The notes under the pieces were generated by a model. That model saw only the letters and a list, made by a program, of their open reading frames with translations. It was not told the origin of the DNA and ran no database searches. A stretch of DNA of 64,000 nucleotides from Trueperaceae bacterium. GTDB lineage: Bacteria; Deinococcota; Deinococci; Deinococcales; Trueperaceae. The position numbers were made by a program, and so were the translations under genes. Of the stretch, positions 37,841-48,134 are shown one piece after another; the first letter of the stretch is position 1; each line of letters starts with the position of its first letter. Location of the stretch: the NCBI GenBank assembly GCA_965213705.1, contig OZ243913.1, forward strand, positions 2,080,001-2,144,000, given 5' to 3'.

Positions 37841-37910
37841 AAGTACCGGGTAAAAGGTACCAGGTGAAAACTGCTGAGTGGAAACTACCGGGTGAAAAGT
37901 ACCGAGTCAA
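37841..37910. repeat. Five degenerate 14-bp tandem repeats (AAGTACCGRGTGAA)
   Basis: AAGTACCGGGTAAA, AGGTACCAGGTGAA, AACTGCTGAGTGGA, AACTACCGGGTGAA, AAGTACCGAGTCAA. Confidence 0.8.
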
Positions 37911-37954
37911 ACCTCATCAAACCCGGTACCGGGTACTTGTTCACTAGCTTTTCA

Positions 37955-38713
37955 TCACCTCAGCCCGTACACCCGCGCGGCGTTGTCGTCGGTGTAGGCC
38001 TCGACCTCGTGTTCGTGTTCGCCCCTGAGTTCGGCCAAAAACCGGGCGGTGTAACGCACGTTCGCCGGCACGTTTTCGCGTCCCCGACGCGGGACCGGCG
38101 CGAGATAAGGGCTGTCGGTTTCGACGAGCAAACGGTCCCGGGGCACCGCGCGCGCGACGTTTTGCAGGACTGTGGCGTTTTTAAAAGTGAGGTTGCCCGC
38201 GAAAGAAACGTACCAGCCCAGGGCCAGGCCCGTCTCGAGCAGGCCCTCGTGCCCGTTGAAGCAGTGCAAAATACCCTTGCCGTAGCCCACCTGCCGCACC
38301 ATCTCCGCCGCCGTGCGGGACGCCGCGTCCCCTTCTCGCTTGTCGCGAACGTGCAAGATGAGCGGTTTGTCCAGCTCGGCGGCGAGCGCAGCTTGCCACA
38401 CGAACGCCGCCCGCTGCGTTTGTAAGGTTTCTAGGTCCCAATAAGTGTCGAACCCCGTTTCACCGACGGCTACAACCTTCGGGTGCCGGGCGAGGGCGGC
38501 CACGGCTTCTCTCGTTCCCCGGTTCGCCGCGTCGCTGGCATGGTTGGGATGAAGCCCGACCGCCGCCCAGACGTTGTCGAAACGTTCAGCCAGCTGCAAG
38601 ACGTTTCGACAACTCTCCAGGGTCGTACCCACGCTGACCAGGGCGCGCAACTGGGGGTCAACGGCTCCGATGGGGTCGGCACAAGCGTCTAAGTGGCAGT
38701 GGCTGTCGGTCAT
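37955..38713 (-). CDS. tatD: TatD family hydrolase
   Basis: DSHCH, GLHP, GETGFD, LHCF, ETDSPYLAP; TATCAT 6 nt before ATG. Confidence 0.93.
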   Translation of the reverse strand: MTDSHCHLDACADPIGAVDPQLRALVSVGTTLESCRNVLQLAERFDNVWAAVGLHPNHASDAANRGTREAVAALARHPKVVAVGETGFDTYWDLETLQTQRAAFVWQAALAAELDKPLILHVRDKREGDAASRTAAEMVRQVGYGKGILHCFNGHEGLLETGLALGWYVSFAGNLTFKNATVLQNVARAVPRDRLLVETDSPYLAPVPRRGRENVPANVRYTARFLAELRGEHEHEVEAYTDDNAARVYGLR

Positions 38714-38899
38714 GAAAGGATGATAACGCGCGCCCCGAAAGGTTGATGAAGCGTCCGCAAAAAAGAAGCCGAGCGGTTTTTCCCAGACTCGGCTTATGAG
38801 ATGCCTGTGAGAATTTTGTAAGAGGCCGTTTGCTACCTTAACTTTACTTAAAGAGGACGCCGTCAGAACGGCGTCCTTGCCAGAAAGCGAGGCGGCATC

Positions 38900-39070
38900 G
38901 TGGTGCAATACGTCGTGTTCGGGGAAACGGTTCAGAGGCTTTCGAACGATGAACTCAGCGTAACTATAAACAAGTGTGAAACGGCCATCGCCGACGGTTC
39001 AGCAGAAATCGAAGACTACGAGGCGTTTGTGCTCTGCCAACAAGAGTTGGTGCGCCGGACCTGGTCTTAA
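38900..39070 (+). CDS. 56-aa hypothetical protein (not in ORF track)
   Basis: MVQYVVFGETVQRLSNDELSVTINKCETAIADGSAEIEDYEAFVLCQQELVRRTWS; GAGG RBS; own terminator downstream. Confidence 0.7.
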   Translation: MVQYVVFGETVQRLSNDELSVTINKCETAIADGSAEIEDYEAFVLCQQELVRRTWS

Positions 39071-39118
39071 GTTGAAAGACGGTTTGCACCGTCCGGTTCT
39101 AAATCTTTGCGCAGCTTT

Positions 39119-39156
39119 GACAGGCGCGGGCGACTCATCACCTGCGCCTGTCTTTT
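39119..39156 (+). terminator. Intrinsic terminator after the 56-aa ORF
   Basis: GACAGGCGCGGG-N10-CCTGCGCCTGTC-TTTT. Confidence 0.75.
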
Positions 39157-39171
39157 CGCTTACACTGAGCC

Positions 39172-39798
39172 ATGCGACGGCTCTTTTTTTTTACTTTCAT
39201 CACAGTTTGCTTTCTGGCGGGCTGCGTACCCGCAACAGTTTCGGTAAGCACGGAGGCCGCGGCGTTGGCTCAAGCACCCCAAGACTACGAAGGCAGGGCG
39301 TCTTGGTACGGCCCCGGTTTCGCGGGCAGGCGCACGGCGAACGGTGAAATCTTCGACCCCTCCCAGCTCACCGCGGCGCACAAAACGCTGCCTTTCGGTA
39401 CGCAGGTGCGCGTGACCAACCTCAACAACGGGCGCAGCACTCTGGTCCGCATCAACGACCGCGGGCCTTTCAAACCGGGCCGAATCATCGACCTGTCGCG
39501 CGCCGCCGCCGAGCAAATCGGCATGATTGGCAGCGGCACCGCGCCGGTGCAGTTGGAACTCATGAGCACCAACAGCAGCGCTGCGCTGACCACGGCTATC
39601 GACTCGAGCCTACAAGGCTACGCGGTCGTTTCAGCTCGGTACGAAACCGGGACGCTGCTGATGCTGAGTTCAGCCCAAGCGCCCGAGCCTTTGCTCGCCC
39701 GCGTCGTCGGCACCACCTCGCCCGAAGGCGTCGACATGTTGATTTCGCCGAGGCTGTCGAACGAACTCGGCGACGGCATCGTTGTCCTCAACCCCTGA
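39172..39798 (+). CDS. rlpA: Septal ring lytic transglycosylase RlpA family lipoprotein
   Basis: Lipobox LAGC, GRASWYG, TAAHKTLPFGT, RINDRGPF; TACACT 5 nt before ATG. Confidence 0.92.
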   Translation: MRRLFFFTFITVCFLAGCVPATVSVSTEAAALAQAPQDYEGRASWYGPGFAGRRTANGEIFDPSQLTAAHKTLPFGTQVRVTNLNNGRSTLVRINDRGPFKPGRIIDLSRAAAEQIGMIGSGTAPVQLELMSTNSSAALTTAIDSSLQGYAVVSARYETGTLLMLSSAQAPEPLLARVVGTTSPEGVDMLISPRLSNELGDGIVVLNP

Positions 39799-40556
39799 CG
39801 CAGGCCGCGGCGAGTTCGCGGGCCAGCACACCTACACCTCCGCTCGTTTCAGCCGCGCGGATGAGGGCCGACCCCACCACGACGCCGTCGGCAAGAGCTG
39901 CGACTTCCCTGGCCGTGTCCCCGCTCGAGACCCCGAAACCGACCGCCACGGGCAAGTCCGTGACCGCGCCGACCCGCGCCAAAAAGTCGGGCAGCTCGTC
40001 ACTCACGGCCTCGCGCGCCCCGGTCACGCCCGTTACCGAAACCGCGTAAACAAAACCGCGGCAAGCTTCGGTGACCAGTCGAAGCCGCTGTTCGGTCGAG
40101 GTTGGAGCTACCAAAAACACGGTATCGAGGTCGACGCCGCGCGCCGCCGGAATCAGCGTTTCGGCCTCGTCGGGGGGTAAGTCGGGCAAGATGACGCCGT
40201 CGGCCCCGGACATTTTCAGGTCGTCGAGGAAGCCTTCTTCACCGCTTTCGTAACAGTAAATCGGATTGTAATAAGTCATGAGGACAATAGGCTTGTCGGT
40301 CTCAGCCCGCAGTTCGCGGATGAGGTCGAAGGTCTTGCGCGTGGTCATGCCCTGGGAGAGCACCCGCTCGGACGCTTTCTGAATCGTCGGCCCGTCGCCT
40401 AAGGGGTCGGAGTAGGGGAGACCGACTTCAAGCAAGTCTGCAACTTTCAGCAGCTCGAGGGCGTTCTTGACAAACGCCCGCTCGTCCGGAAACCCCGCCG
40501 TCATGTAGGGCACGAAGGCGGCGCGGCCTTCGCGTTCGGCCCTGGCGAACGCTGCG

Positions 40557-40570
<14 letters not shown>
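39788..40570 (-). CDS. trpA: Tryptophan synthase alpha chain
   Basis: [30 protein letters not shown]. Confidence 0.96.
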
Positions 40571-41780
<1,210 letters not shown>

Positions 41781-41874
41781 GACGACTCCTTAAAATTAAA
41801 AATGCAAAGTTCAAATTTTAGGCCGGGGTAAGACTCTCGAGCCGAGAACTGTGTTTGTCCTCGCTAAAACCGCG

Positions 41875-41937
41875 TCACCAACGTTGGTGGCGGCGCTTGA
41901 AGCTGCGCGGTGTGCGGATGCGCGGTCTGGGTTTCAT
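41875..41937 (-). CDS. Putative trpBA leader peptide MKPRPRIRTPRSFKRRHQRW
   Basis: TAAACT 7 nt before ATG; ends TGG-TGA; 94 nt upstream of trpB. Confidence 0.55.
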   Translation of the reverse strand: MKPRPRIRTPRSFKRRHQRW

Positions 41938-41974
41938 CGACTACAGTTTAAAAGAACTTCGGAGAAATGTCCAA

Positions 41975-42868
41975 CTAAAGCAAGCGCTCGAGTTCTCCCA
42001 AAACCACGAGGCCGCCGTTGATGTCCGCGTCCGTCTCCGTCAGGCTCCACACCGCCGAAAGAACGCCGTGCGCAAAGCCCCAGGCGGCAACCTCCTGACG
42101 ACTTAACCCCAGCATCTCGCTGAAGATGTTCACGCGGGTGTCCAGAATATGCCGCAGGTCGGGTCGCCGCTCTACGCCCCACGAGTTGCGCAAAAAGGTT
42201 CCCACGTCGTAACCGCGCGGCCCGACGATGCCCTTGGGGTCGATGGCGAGGTAGGGTGCCCGGTCGGCGCTCAAAATATTGCCGTGGTGCAGGTCGGCGT
42301 GTAGGAGAACCGGGGTTTCGGTTGTTTGCAATAATTCATCAAAAAGTCCAGTTGCTTTGTCTACAAGGTTGTGAGCCAAAGGCCCCACGGTCTGCCGCGG
42401 GTAGTCGTAGAGTTCTCTAGCCCAGCTCCGCAACGTGCGGAAACTGTTCGGCTCTGTGACGGGTCGCCATAGGTGTTGCATGAGTTCGGCGGCGATACGG
42501 GTCGCGCCCGCGTCGTCGTCGGTGTTCCACAGCGAGACGCCGGGTTGCAGGCGCTCGAGCAACATCACCCCCACCGTTTCGTCCGCTTGAATGAGACGGC
42601 ACATCCCGTCGCCGTCGTACAGGCGCAGGGCCTCGAGTTCGCGGGCAAAGTCGTCGCTCGGCGGACTCATTTTGAGGACGAACGGCGTCCCGTCCGACCC
42701 TTCGGCAAAGGCGACGACGTTGTAAGACAGCTCCTCGGCCAGTCCCGTCACGCGAACTCGCCAGCGGGTCTCGAGGCCCGCAGTCAGCTCGTCCAATCCG
42801 GCCAGCCAGGGCGCGGCGTCCTCGTGAACGTCGTGAAGTTTTTGGATGAGGCTGGCGGGGAGGTTCAC
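41975..42868 (-). CDS. Aminoglycoside/hydroxyurea phosphotransferase family kinase (APH(6)-like)
   Basis: VLKM, LLERL, LHADLHHGNIL, AIDPKG; GTGA overlap with the gluQ stop. Confidence 0.85.
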   Translation of the reverse strand: MNLPASLIQKLHDVHEDAAPWLAGLDELTAGLETRWRVRVTGLAEELSYNVVAFAEGSDGTPFVLKMSPPSDDFARELEALRLYDGDGMCRLIQADETVGVMLLERLQPGVSLWNTDDDAGATRIAAELMQHLWRPVTEPNSFRTLRSWARELYDYPRQTVGPLAHNLVDKATGLFDELLQTTETPVLLHADLHHGNILSADRAPYLAIDPKGIVGPRGYDVGTFLRNSWGVERRPDLRHILDTRVNIFSEMLGLSRQEVAAWGFAHGVLSAVWSLTETDADINGGLVVLGELERLL

Positions 42869-43806
42869 GGAGTTAGCCAAGAGAGCAAGTCAGGAGAAAG
42901 GGGAAAGGAAAAAGGAGAAAGGGAGGTGAGGTGGTAAAGCTCGAGCCCCTCCGCTACAGTCATCTCGACCGGTTTAGAGACGAGGCCGAGGGTGTGCGCC
43001 AGCAGGCCGACGACTCGCTCCGGTTTCACGCCGTGTTCTTGAAGCGCCGTCAAGGTGAGCGAGCCCCTGCGTTTCGCCATGCGCCCGCCTGTTTCGTCCA
43101 ACAACAGCGGCACGTGCAAAAAAACTGGCGGTTCTGCGCCTAGGGCTCGGTACAGCAGGATTTGGGCCGCGGTGCTCTCGAGCAGGTCGGCCCCGCGCAC
43201 GACCTCGGTGATGTTCATGGCGATGTCGTCCACAGTTACGGCGAGTTGATAGGCCCATTCCCCGTCGGCTCGTTTCACCACGAAGTCGCCGACGCGAAAG
43301 GTTTGCTCGCCTTGTAATGAATCCTCAAACGAAACGCTGTCCCCGTCGGTGCGAAAGCGGAGGCTTGGGGTTTTGCCGTCGAGACGTTTCTGCTCCCTGA
43401 CCTTCTCATTCAGCGCCCGTTCGAGTTCCCCATAAGCCGGCATCTCCCCGTGCGGGGCCGAGGCAATTTCGCGTAAGTCTTTGCGGGACAAGTAACATTC
43501 GAAAAGTTTGTTTTGGGTCTCGAGCTTCTTCAACGTCTTTTCATAAAGATGATGACGCTTGCTTTGCAGGTAAGGCGCGAACTTTCCGCCGACATCCGGC
43601 CCTTCGTCCCAGGTCAGGCCGAGCCAGCGAAGTTCGTCGAGGTTAGTTCTCACCATTTCCGCACGGCTCCGCGCCGAGTCCAGGTCTTCGACGCGCATAA
43701 CGAAGGTGCCGTTTCGGGTTTTAGTTTGCCAGTACGCCACGAGCGCCGTCCGCGCGTTGCCGAGGTGCAAGTAACCGGTGGGGGAGGGGGCGTAGCGGCC
43801 TCGCAT
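42865..43806 (-). CDS. gluQ: Glutamyl-Q tRNA(Asp) synthetase
   Basis: GRYAPSPTGYLHLGN, RVEDLD, YQLAV, RGADL, RMAKR; short, no anticodon domain. Confidence 0.88.
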   Translation of the reverse strand: MRGRYAPSPTGYLHLGNARTALVAYWQTKTRNGTFVMRVEDLDSARSRAEMVRTNLDELRWLGLTWDEGPDVGGKFAPYLQSKRHHLYEKTLKKLETQNKLFECYLSRKDLREIASAPHGEMPAYGELERALNEKVREQKRLDGKTPSLRFRTDGDSVSFEDSLQGEQTFRVGDFVVKRADGEWAYQLAVTVDDIAMNITEVVRGADLLESTAAQILLYRALGAEPPVFLHVPLLLDETGGRMAKRRGSLTLTALQEHGVKPERVVGLLAHTLGLVSKPVEMTVAEGLELYHLTSLSPFSFPLSPDLLSWLTP

Positions 43807-43811
43807 AAGGA

Positions 43812-44390
43812 TTACTTTACGACGATGCCTGTTTCGTCCATCTGCTCGATAACCGCCAAACTCACGATGGGCACCCCGCAGGCCTCGAGCCGCTGCCGCC
43901 CTTCCTCGAACGCTTTTTCGATGACCACGCCGATGCCCACGACCGCCGCGCCGCTCTGCCGAACCGTGCGCACAAGCGCGTCGTTGGTCAAGCCCGAGGC
44001 CAAAAAGTCGTCGATGATAAGCACGCGGTCGTCGGCGCTCAGGTACTCGGGCGAAATCATCAGCTTGGTCACGCCGCCCTTGGTGTGGCTCGGCGCTTCG
44101 GCGTAAAAGTAGCCGTCCGGCATGGTGACGGGCCGACGCTTGCGGGCGAAGACCAGCGGCACGTCGAACGCGACCGCCGCCGCCAGCGCGGGTGCGATGC
44201 CGCTCGTTTCGGCGGTGACGATTTTGGTGACGTTTTCGACCCCGGCCGCCGTCACGCGTTCGTAAAACTCCTTCCCCATCGCCATCGTCAGACCGGGCTC
44301 GAGCCGGTGGTTCAAGAAGCCGTCGACCTTGAGAATCCCGTTGCCGAGGTATTTGCCCTCGGCGCGAATGCGCTCGAGCAGCGCCTTCAC
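43812..44390 (-). CDS. xpt: Xanthine phosphoribosyltransferase
   Basis: ILKVDGFLNH, ETSGIAPA, IIDDFLASG, IEKAF; GTGA overlap with the upstream stop. Confidence 0.93.
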   Translation of the reverse strand: MKALLERIRAEGKYLGNGILKVDGFLNHRLEPGLTMAMGKEFYERVTAAGVENVTKIVTAETSGIAPALAAAVAFDVPLVFARKRRPVTMPDGYFYAEAPSHTKGGVTKLMISPEYLSADDRVLIIDDFLASGLTNDALVRTVRQSGAAVVGIGVVIEKAFEEGRQRLEACGVPIVSLAVIEQMDETGIVVK

Positions 44391-46471
44391 CCGGCGACCT
44401 CGCCCGCCAAAGCCCGCGCCCCCGCCACTCCGACGTCCAACGCGTTCGTCAAAAAGGCCCAGACGTCCGCCTGCTCTTCGATGAGAATGCGGGTCGGTTT
44501 GCCCATTCCGTGCCCCGCTTTGGTCTGAACACGGATGAGAACGGGCGCGTCGCCGCCTTGCGCGGCTTGCAGCGCGGCGGCGAACTTGAACGAGTGCGCG
44601 GGCACCACGCGGTCGTCGAAGTCGCCAGTTGTCACAAGCGTCGCGGGGTAGGCGGTGCCCTTTTTCAGGTTGTGGAGCGGCGAGTAAGCCAGCAGCGTTT
44701 CGAACTGTCCGGGCTCGTCCGCCGAGCCGTAGTCCGAGGCCCAAGCCCAGCCGATGGTGAAGTGGTGAAACCTCAGCATGTCCAACACGCCGACCGCGGG
44801 CAGTGCCGCCGCGAACAGCTCGGGCCGCTGCGTCATGGCCGCGCCTACCAAGAGGCCGCCGTTCGAGCCGCCTTGGACGGCAAGTTTTTCAGGTGAGGTG
44901 ACGCCCTCGTCGACAAGATACTCGGTGCAGGCGATAAAGTCGTCGAAGACGTTCTGCTTGCGCTCCAGGATGCCCGCCTCGTGCCAGGCTTTGCCATACT
45001 CGCCGCCGCCGCGCAGGTTGGCGACGGCGAGTACGCCGCCCGCCTCTAACCAGACGAGTCTACTCACCGAAAACGCCGGCGTGAGTGAGATGTTGAAGCC
45101 GCCGTAGCCGTAGAGCAAGGTAGGGTTTCGTCCGTCGATTTGTAAGTCTTTGCGGTGAACGAGGAACATGGGCACGCGGGTCCCGTCGGGACTTGTCGCG
45201 AACACCTGCCGCGTGGTGTAGGGCGTGGCGTCGAAGGCCAACTCGGGCGCGTACAGGGTTTCGCTGGCACCCGTCGCCGCGTTGTAGCGGTAGCTCGTCG
45301 TTGGGTGCAAAAACGAGGTGAAGCTGTAAAACAGTTCCGCGTCGTCCCGTTCGGCGTTGAGCGCGACGACCGAGCCGAGCGTGGGCAAGTCTACGTCGCC
45401 CCGGTACTCGCCGCTGAGGCTGTACCGCTTCAGGCGGTGGCTGGCGTCTTGCATTACCAGGCAAACGAACTCGTCGCCGAGCAGTTGGACGTGCTCAACG
45501 GTGTCTTCAGTCTCGGGAACGAGGGTGCGCCAGGTAGTTTCGGGCTGCTCGAGGTCGGTGGCGACAACGCGTCTGCGGTCCGCCCCGGAGTCGGTCAAAA
45601 AGTAAAACGTCGCGCCGTCGTTGCCCAAAAAGGTAAAGCTTGCCTCCCACTCGGTGACGAGGTCTCGAAACTCATTCTCTGTTGCCAAGTCGCGGTAATA
45701 AACGAGGTTGCGCTGCTCGGTGCTGCGTCTGACGTGCAGGACGAGGTAACGCCCGTCGTCGGAGACTCTGGGGTGAAACATCCACTTGGGTTCGTCGGGG
45801 CGCGCGTAAATGAGCGTGTCGGTCTCGGCGTCTGTACGCAGCCTGTGCAAACGCAGCTCGGCGTTCTCGTTGGCTCCGGTGTAGGCCGCGCCTTGTGTGG
45901 GCACGGGAAAGCGTTGGTAGTAAAACCCCGAGCCGTCCGGCAGCCAAGTCGCGGCGGAAAATTTCGACCAGGGCAGCTGTTCACTCAGGTCGCTCCCGGT
46001 CGCGACGTCGCGCACCTGCCACGTTTGCCAGTCCGAGCCGCTGTCGCTCGTGGCGTAGGCCAAAAACGTGCCATCTTCGCTTACCGACACGCTGCTCAGC
46101 GCCACCGTGCCGTCGGTAGACAGGGCGTTTGCGTCGAGCAGGATGCGGCCTGCGTCCTCCGGATTCGCCATAACATAGAGCACGTCTTGGTTCTGCAACC
46201 CGTCGTTGCGAAACTGAAAGTAGCGCCCGCCTTTTTTGAAGGGGGCTGAACGTTTGGGGTAGTCCCAGAGTTCGGTCAAACGCTTCTTGAGACGGTCTCG
46301 AGCCTCCAAACCTTCCAAATGCCCAAAGGTCAGCTCGTTTTGCGCCTCTATCCAGGCGCGCACTTCGGGCGTGTCGGCGGGGGCCTCCAACCAGCGGTAG
46401 GGGTCGGCGACTTGAGTGCCGTGGTAGTCGTCGACGTGGTCGCTTTGTTTGCTTTCCGGATAGTCGAACAT
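44387..46471 (-). CDS. Prolyl oligopeptidase (S9A)
   Basis: DPYRWLE, GYGGF, GGSNGG, DDRV, AGHG. Confidence 0.95.
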   Translation of the reverse strand: MFDYPESKQSDHVDDYHGTQVADPYRWLEAPADTPEVRAWIEAQNELTFGHLEGLEARDRLKKRLTELWDYPKRSAPFKKGGRYFQFRNDGLQNQDVLYVMANPEDAGRILLDANALSTDGTVALSSVSVSEDGTFLAYATSDSGSDWQTWQVRDVATGSDLSEQLPWSKFSAATWLPDGSGFYYQRFPVPTQGAAYTGANENAELRLHRLRTDAETDTLIYARPDEPKWMFHPRVSDDGRYLVLHVRRSTEQRNLVYYRDLATENEFRDLVTEWEASFTFLGNDGATFYFLTDSGADRRRVVATDLEQPETTWRTLVPETEDTVEHVQLLGDEFVCLVMQDASHRLKRYSLSGEYRGDVDLPTLGSVVALNAERDDAELFYSFTSFLHPTTSYRYNAATGASETLYAPELAFDATPYTTRQVFATSPDGTRVPMFLVHRKDLQIDGRNPTLLYGYGGFNISLTPAFSVSRLVWLEAGGVLAVANLRGGGEYGKAWHEAGILERKQNVFDDFIACTEYLVDEGVTSPEKLAVQGGSNGGLLVGAAMTQRPELFAAALPAVGVLDMLRFHHFTIGWAWASDYGSADEPGQFETLLAYSPLHNLKKGTAYPATLVTTGDFDDRVVPAHSFKFAAALQAAQGGDAPVLIRVQTKAGHGMGKPTRILIEEQADVWAFLTNALDVGVAGARALAGEVAG

Positions 46472-46541
46472 GCCCTAAATTACCACGCGCCGCTGGGGTA
46501 GTTTGCGTGCAATTTTGTTGTGAGCCTGCGTTCGCCCTCGC

Positions 46542-46901
46542 TCACGAGGTTCGTGTATACGCGTAAGCCCAAGCCATGAGCACGGCCTGGAGCGGCAAGC
46601 GCAGCCACAAAAAAACCGGCGCAATTCCGAAAGCCGCCGCGTTCTGGGCCATGTAGAGGTTCGCAGGAAACACGGCGGCCAGCAGCGCGACGAGTCCCCA
46701 GGCGGCGAGGGTCTGGGTCGCCGGGACGAGCAGGGCTGCGCCCAACAGCAGCTCGAGCCCGCCGCTCACGTACACGAGTACCAAAGGCCACGGTAGATAA
46801 GGCGGCACGACGGACGCATAAAGCTGCGGCCTCAAAAAATGGTTGAGGCCCGCCAGGATGAACACCAGGGCGAAGACGTACCTGAAGACCATTTTGACCA
46901 C
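46542..46901 (-). CDS. DoxX family membrane protein
   Basis: AGLNHF, VPPYLP, SGGLEL, AVFPANLYMA, RLPLQ. Confidence 0.85.
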   Translation of the reverse strand: MVKMVFRYVFALVFILAGLNHFLRPQLYASVVPPYLPWPLVLVYVSGGLELLLGAALLVPATQTLAAWGLVALLAAVFPANLYMAQNAAAFGIAPVFLWLRLPLQAVLMAWAYAYTRTS

Positions 46902-46917
46902 GCCGTCCCGACCTCGC

Positions 46918-46967
46918 ACTTCAAACCTGAGTTACTTCACAGCCTGAGTTACTTCAAACCTGAGTTA
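46918..46967. repeat. 16/17-bp tandem repeat, three units, upstream of the DoxX gene
   Basis: ACTTCAAACCTGAGTT, ACTTCACAGCCTGAGTT, ACTTCAAACCTGAGTT. Confidence 0.8.
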
Positions 46968-47053
46968 ACAGCTCACTCTAACAGCCCGGTTTACGCGCAG
47001 GGCCCGAGGAAGGGTCGCAAAAGGCGAGAAGGTGAGTGCGCGGACGGCGCTCC

Positions 47054-47302
47054 TTACCGCAGGGTAGTCTGCAAGGTGCCTTGCCACGCACACGCCGGAC
47101 AAGCCGCGCGGCTGCTGTCGTCCCAGTCGGCCTCCCCCAAGTGCTCGCCGACGACGAAAAGTTCGCGGGTCTCGGGCTCGAGCCTCACGTCGTAGGTAAC
47201 GACGGCCGAGGTGAGGATGGTCAGCTCGACGCCGCCGCAGTTCGGACACAGCTGCTCGAGGGCTGAAGGGATGGACGGTGAAAGGGCAGGAAGGGTCGTC
47301 AC
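47054..47302 (-). CDS. Small zinc-ribbon-like hypothetical protein
   Basis: CPNC...CPAC in 82 aa; fills an otherwise empty gap. Confidence 0.65.
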   Translation of the reverse strand: MTTLPALSPSIPSALEQLCPNCGGVELTILTSAVVTYDVRLEPETRELFVVGEHLGEADWDDSSRAACPACAWQGTLQTTLR

Positions 47303-47405
47303 GTTTACCTTTGTACACTTTTTACTCTTACAAGAGTCTTATCGTGACTCGTGTAAGATGGGGTGCGTCGGGGTTACCGAGCAGTTTCGACCCAAGGAGT
47401 GCGCC

Positions 47406-48134
47406 GTGAAGCTAAAGTTGGGCTTTTGCTTGTGTCTGTTGAGCCTCGTTTTTGTGCAGGCTCAAACGTCGAGCACTCTGGAGGCCGTCAAAACGCGCGG
47501 CGAGTTGCGTTGCGGCGTGAGCGACGGTTCACCCGGTGAACTCGTCCAAACCGAAGACGGCGGTTTGATGGGCTTTTTCAGCGAGACTTGCCGCGCCGTT
47601 GCCGCTGCCGTGCTGGGTGACAAAAACGCCGTCGTTTACCTGCCGCTGTCCCCAAGCGAGCAGTTTACCGCGCTGCGCCGGGGCGACGTGGACCTGCTGG
47701 TCGGACGCATCACGGAGACCGTATCCAGGGACGCCGAGGTCGACTTCGGGCCGGTCGTGTTTCACGACGGAGCCCAGCACTACGCGCCGGCCCTGCTGCA
47801 AGGGGACGACGTTTGGCGCGACACGGTGAGTTGGACCATCCACGCGCTCGTCCAGGCCGAGGAGTGGGGCGTCACCTCACAAAACGTCGGCGGGACTGCC
47901 GACGCGGCGGCTGCGCCGCAGTTGAAGCGGTTTTTGGACCTCGAGGGCGGCCTGGCGACACAGCTTGGGCTCGAGCCCGACGCGCTGCGCCGAACCTTAG
48001 CGCAAACGGGCAACTACGGCGAAATCTACGAGCGCCACCTCGGACCGAACGCGACCTCGAGCTTGCCCAGGGGCCAAAATCGCCTCTGGAGCGAGGGGGG
48101 CTTACTCTACGCACCGCCTTTCAGCACAAGGTAG
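47406..48134 (+). CDS. AapJ/BztA-like amino-acid binding protein, internally shortened
   Basis: Signal peptide, TLEAVKTRGELRCGV, CRAVAAAVLGD, QAEEWGVTSQN, GNYGEIYERHLG, GGLLYAPPF; AAGGAG RBS. Confidence 0.82.
   Translation: MKLKLGFCLCLLSLVFVQAQTSSTLEAVKTRGELRCGVSDGSPGELVQTEDGGLMGFFSETCRAVAAAVLGDKNAVVYLPLSPSEQFTALRRGDVDLLVGRITETVSRDAEVDFGPVVFHDGAQHYAPALLQGDDVWRDTVSWTIHALVQAEEWGVTSQNVGGTADAAAAPQLKRFLDLEGGLATQLGLEPDALRRTLAQTGNYGEIYERHLGPNATSSLPRGQNRLWSEGGLLYAPPFSTR

Noticed and set aside
37841..37910. CRISPR array
   Set aside because: Units are 14 bp, degenerate and contiguous, with no spacers and no cas genes.
41855..42106. Plus-strand ORF containing HQRWW as trp leader
   Set aside because: Wrong strand for trpBA; it arises from the palindrome inside the minus-strand leader.
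41975..42868. Acquired streptomycin resistance gene
   Set aside because: It is embedded in a housekeeping operon with no mobility signs; only the kinase family is supported.
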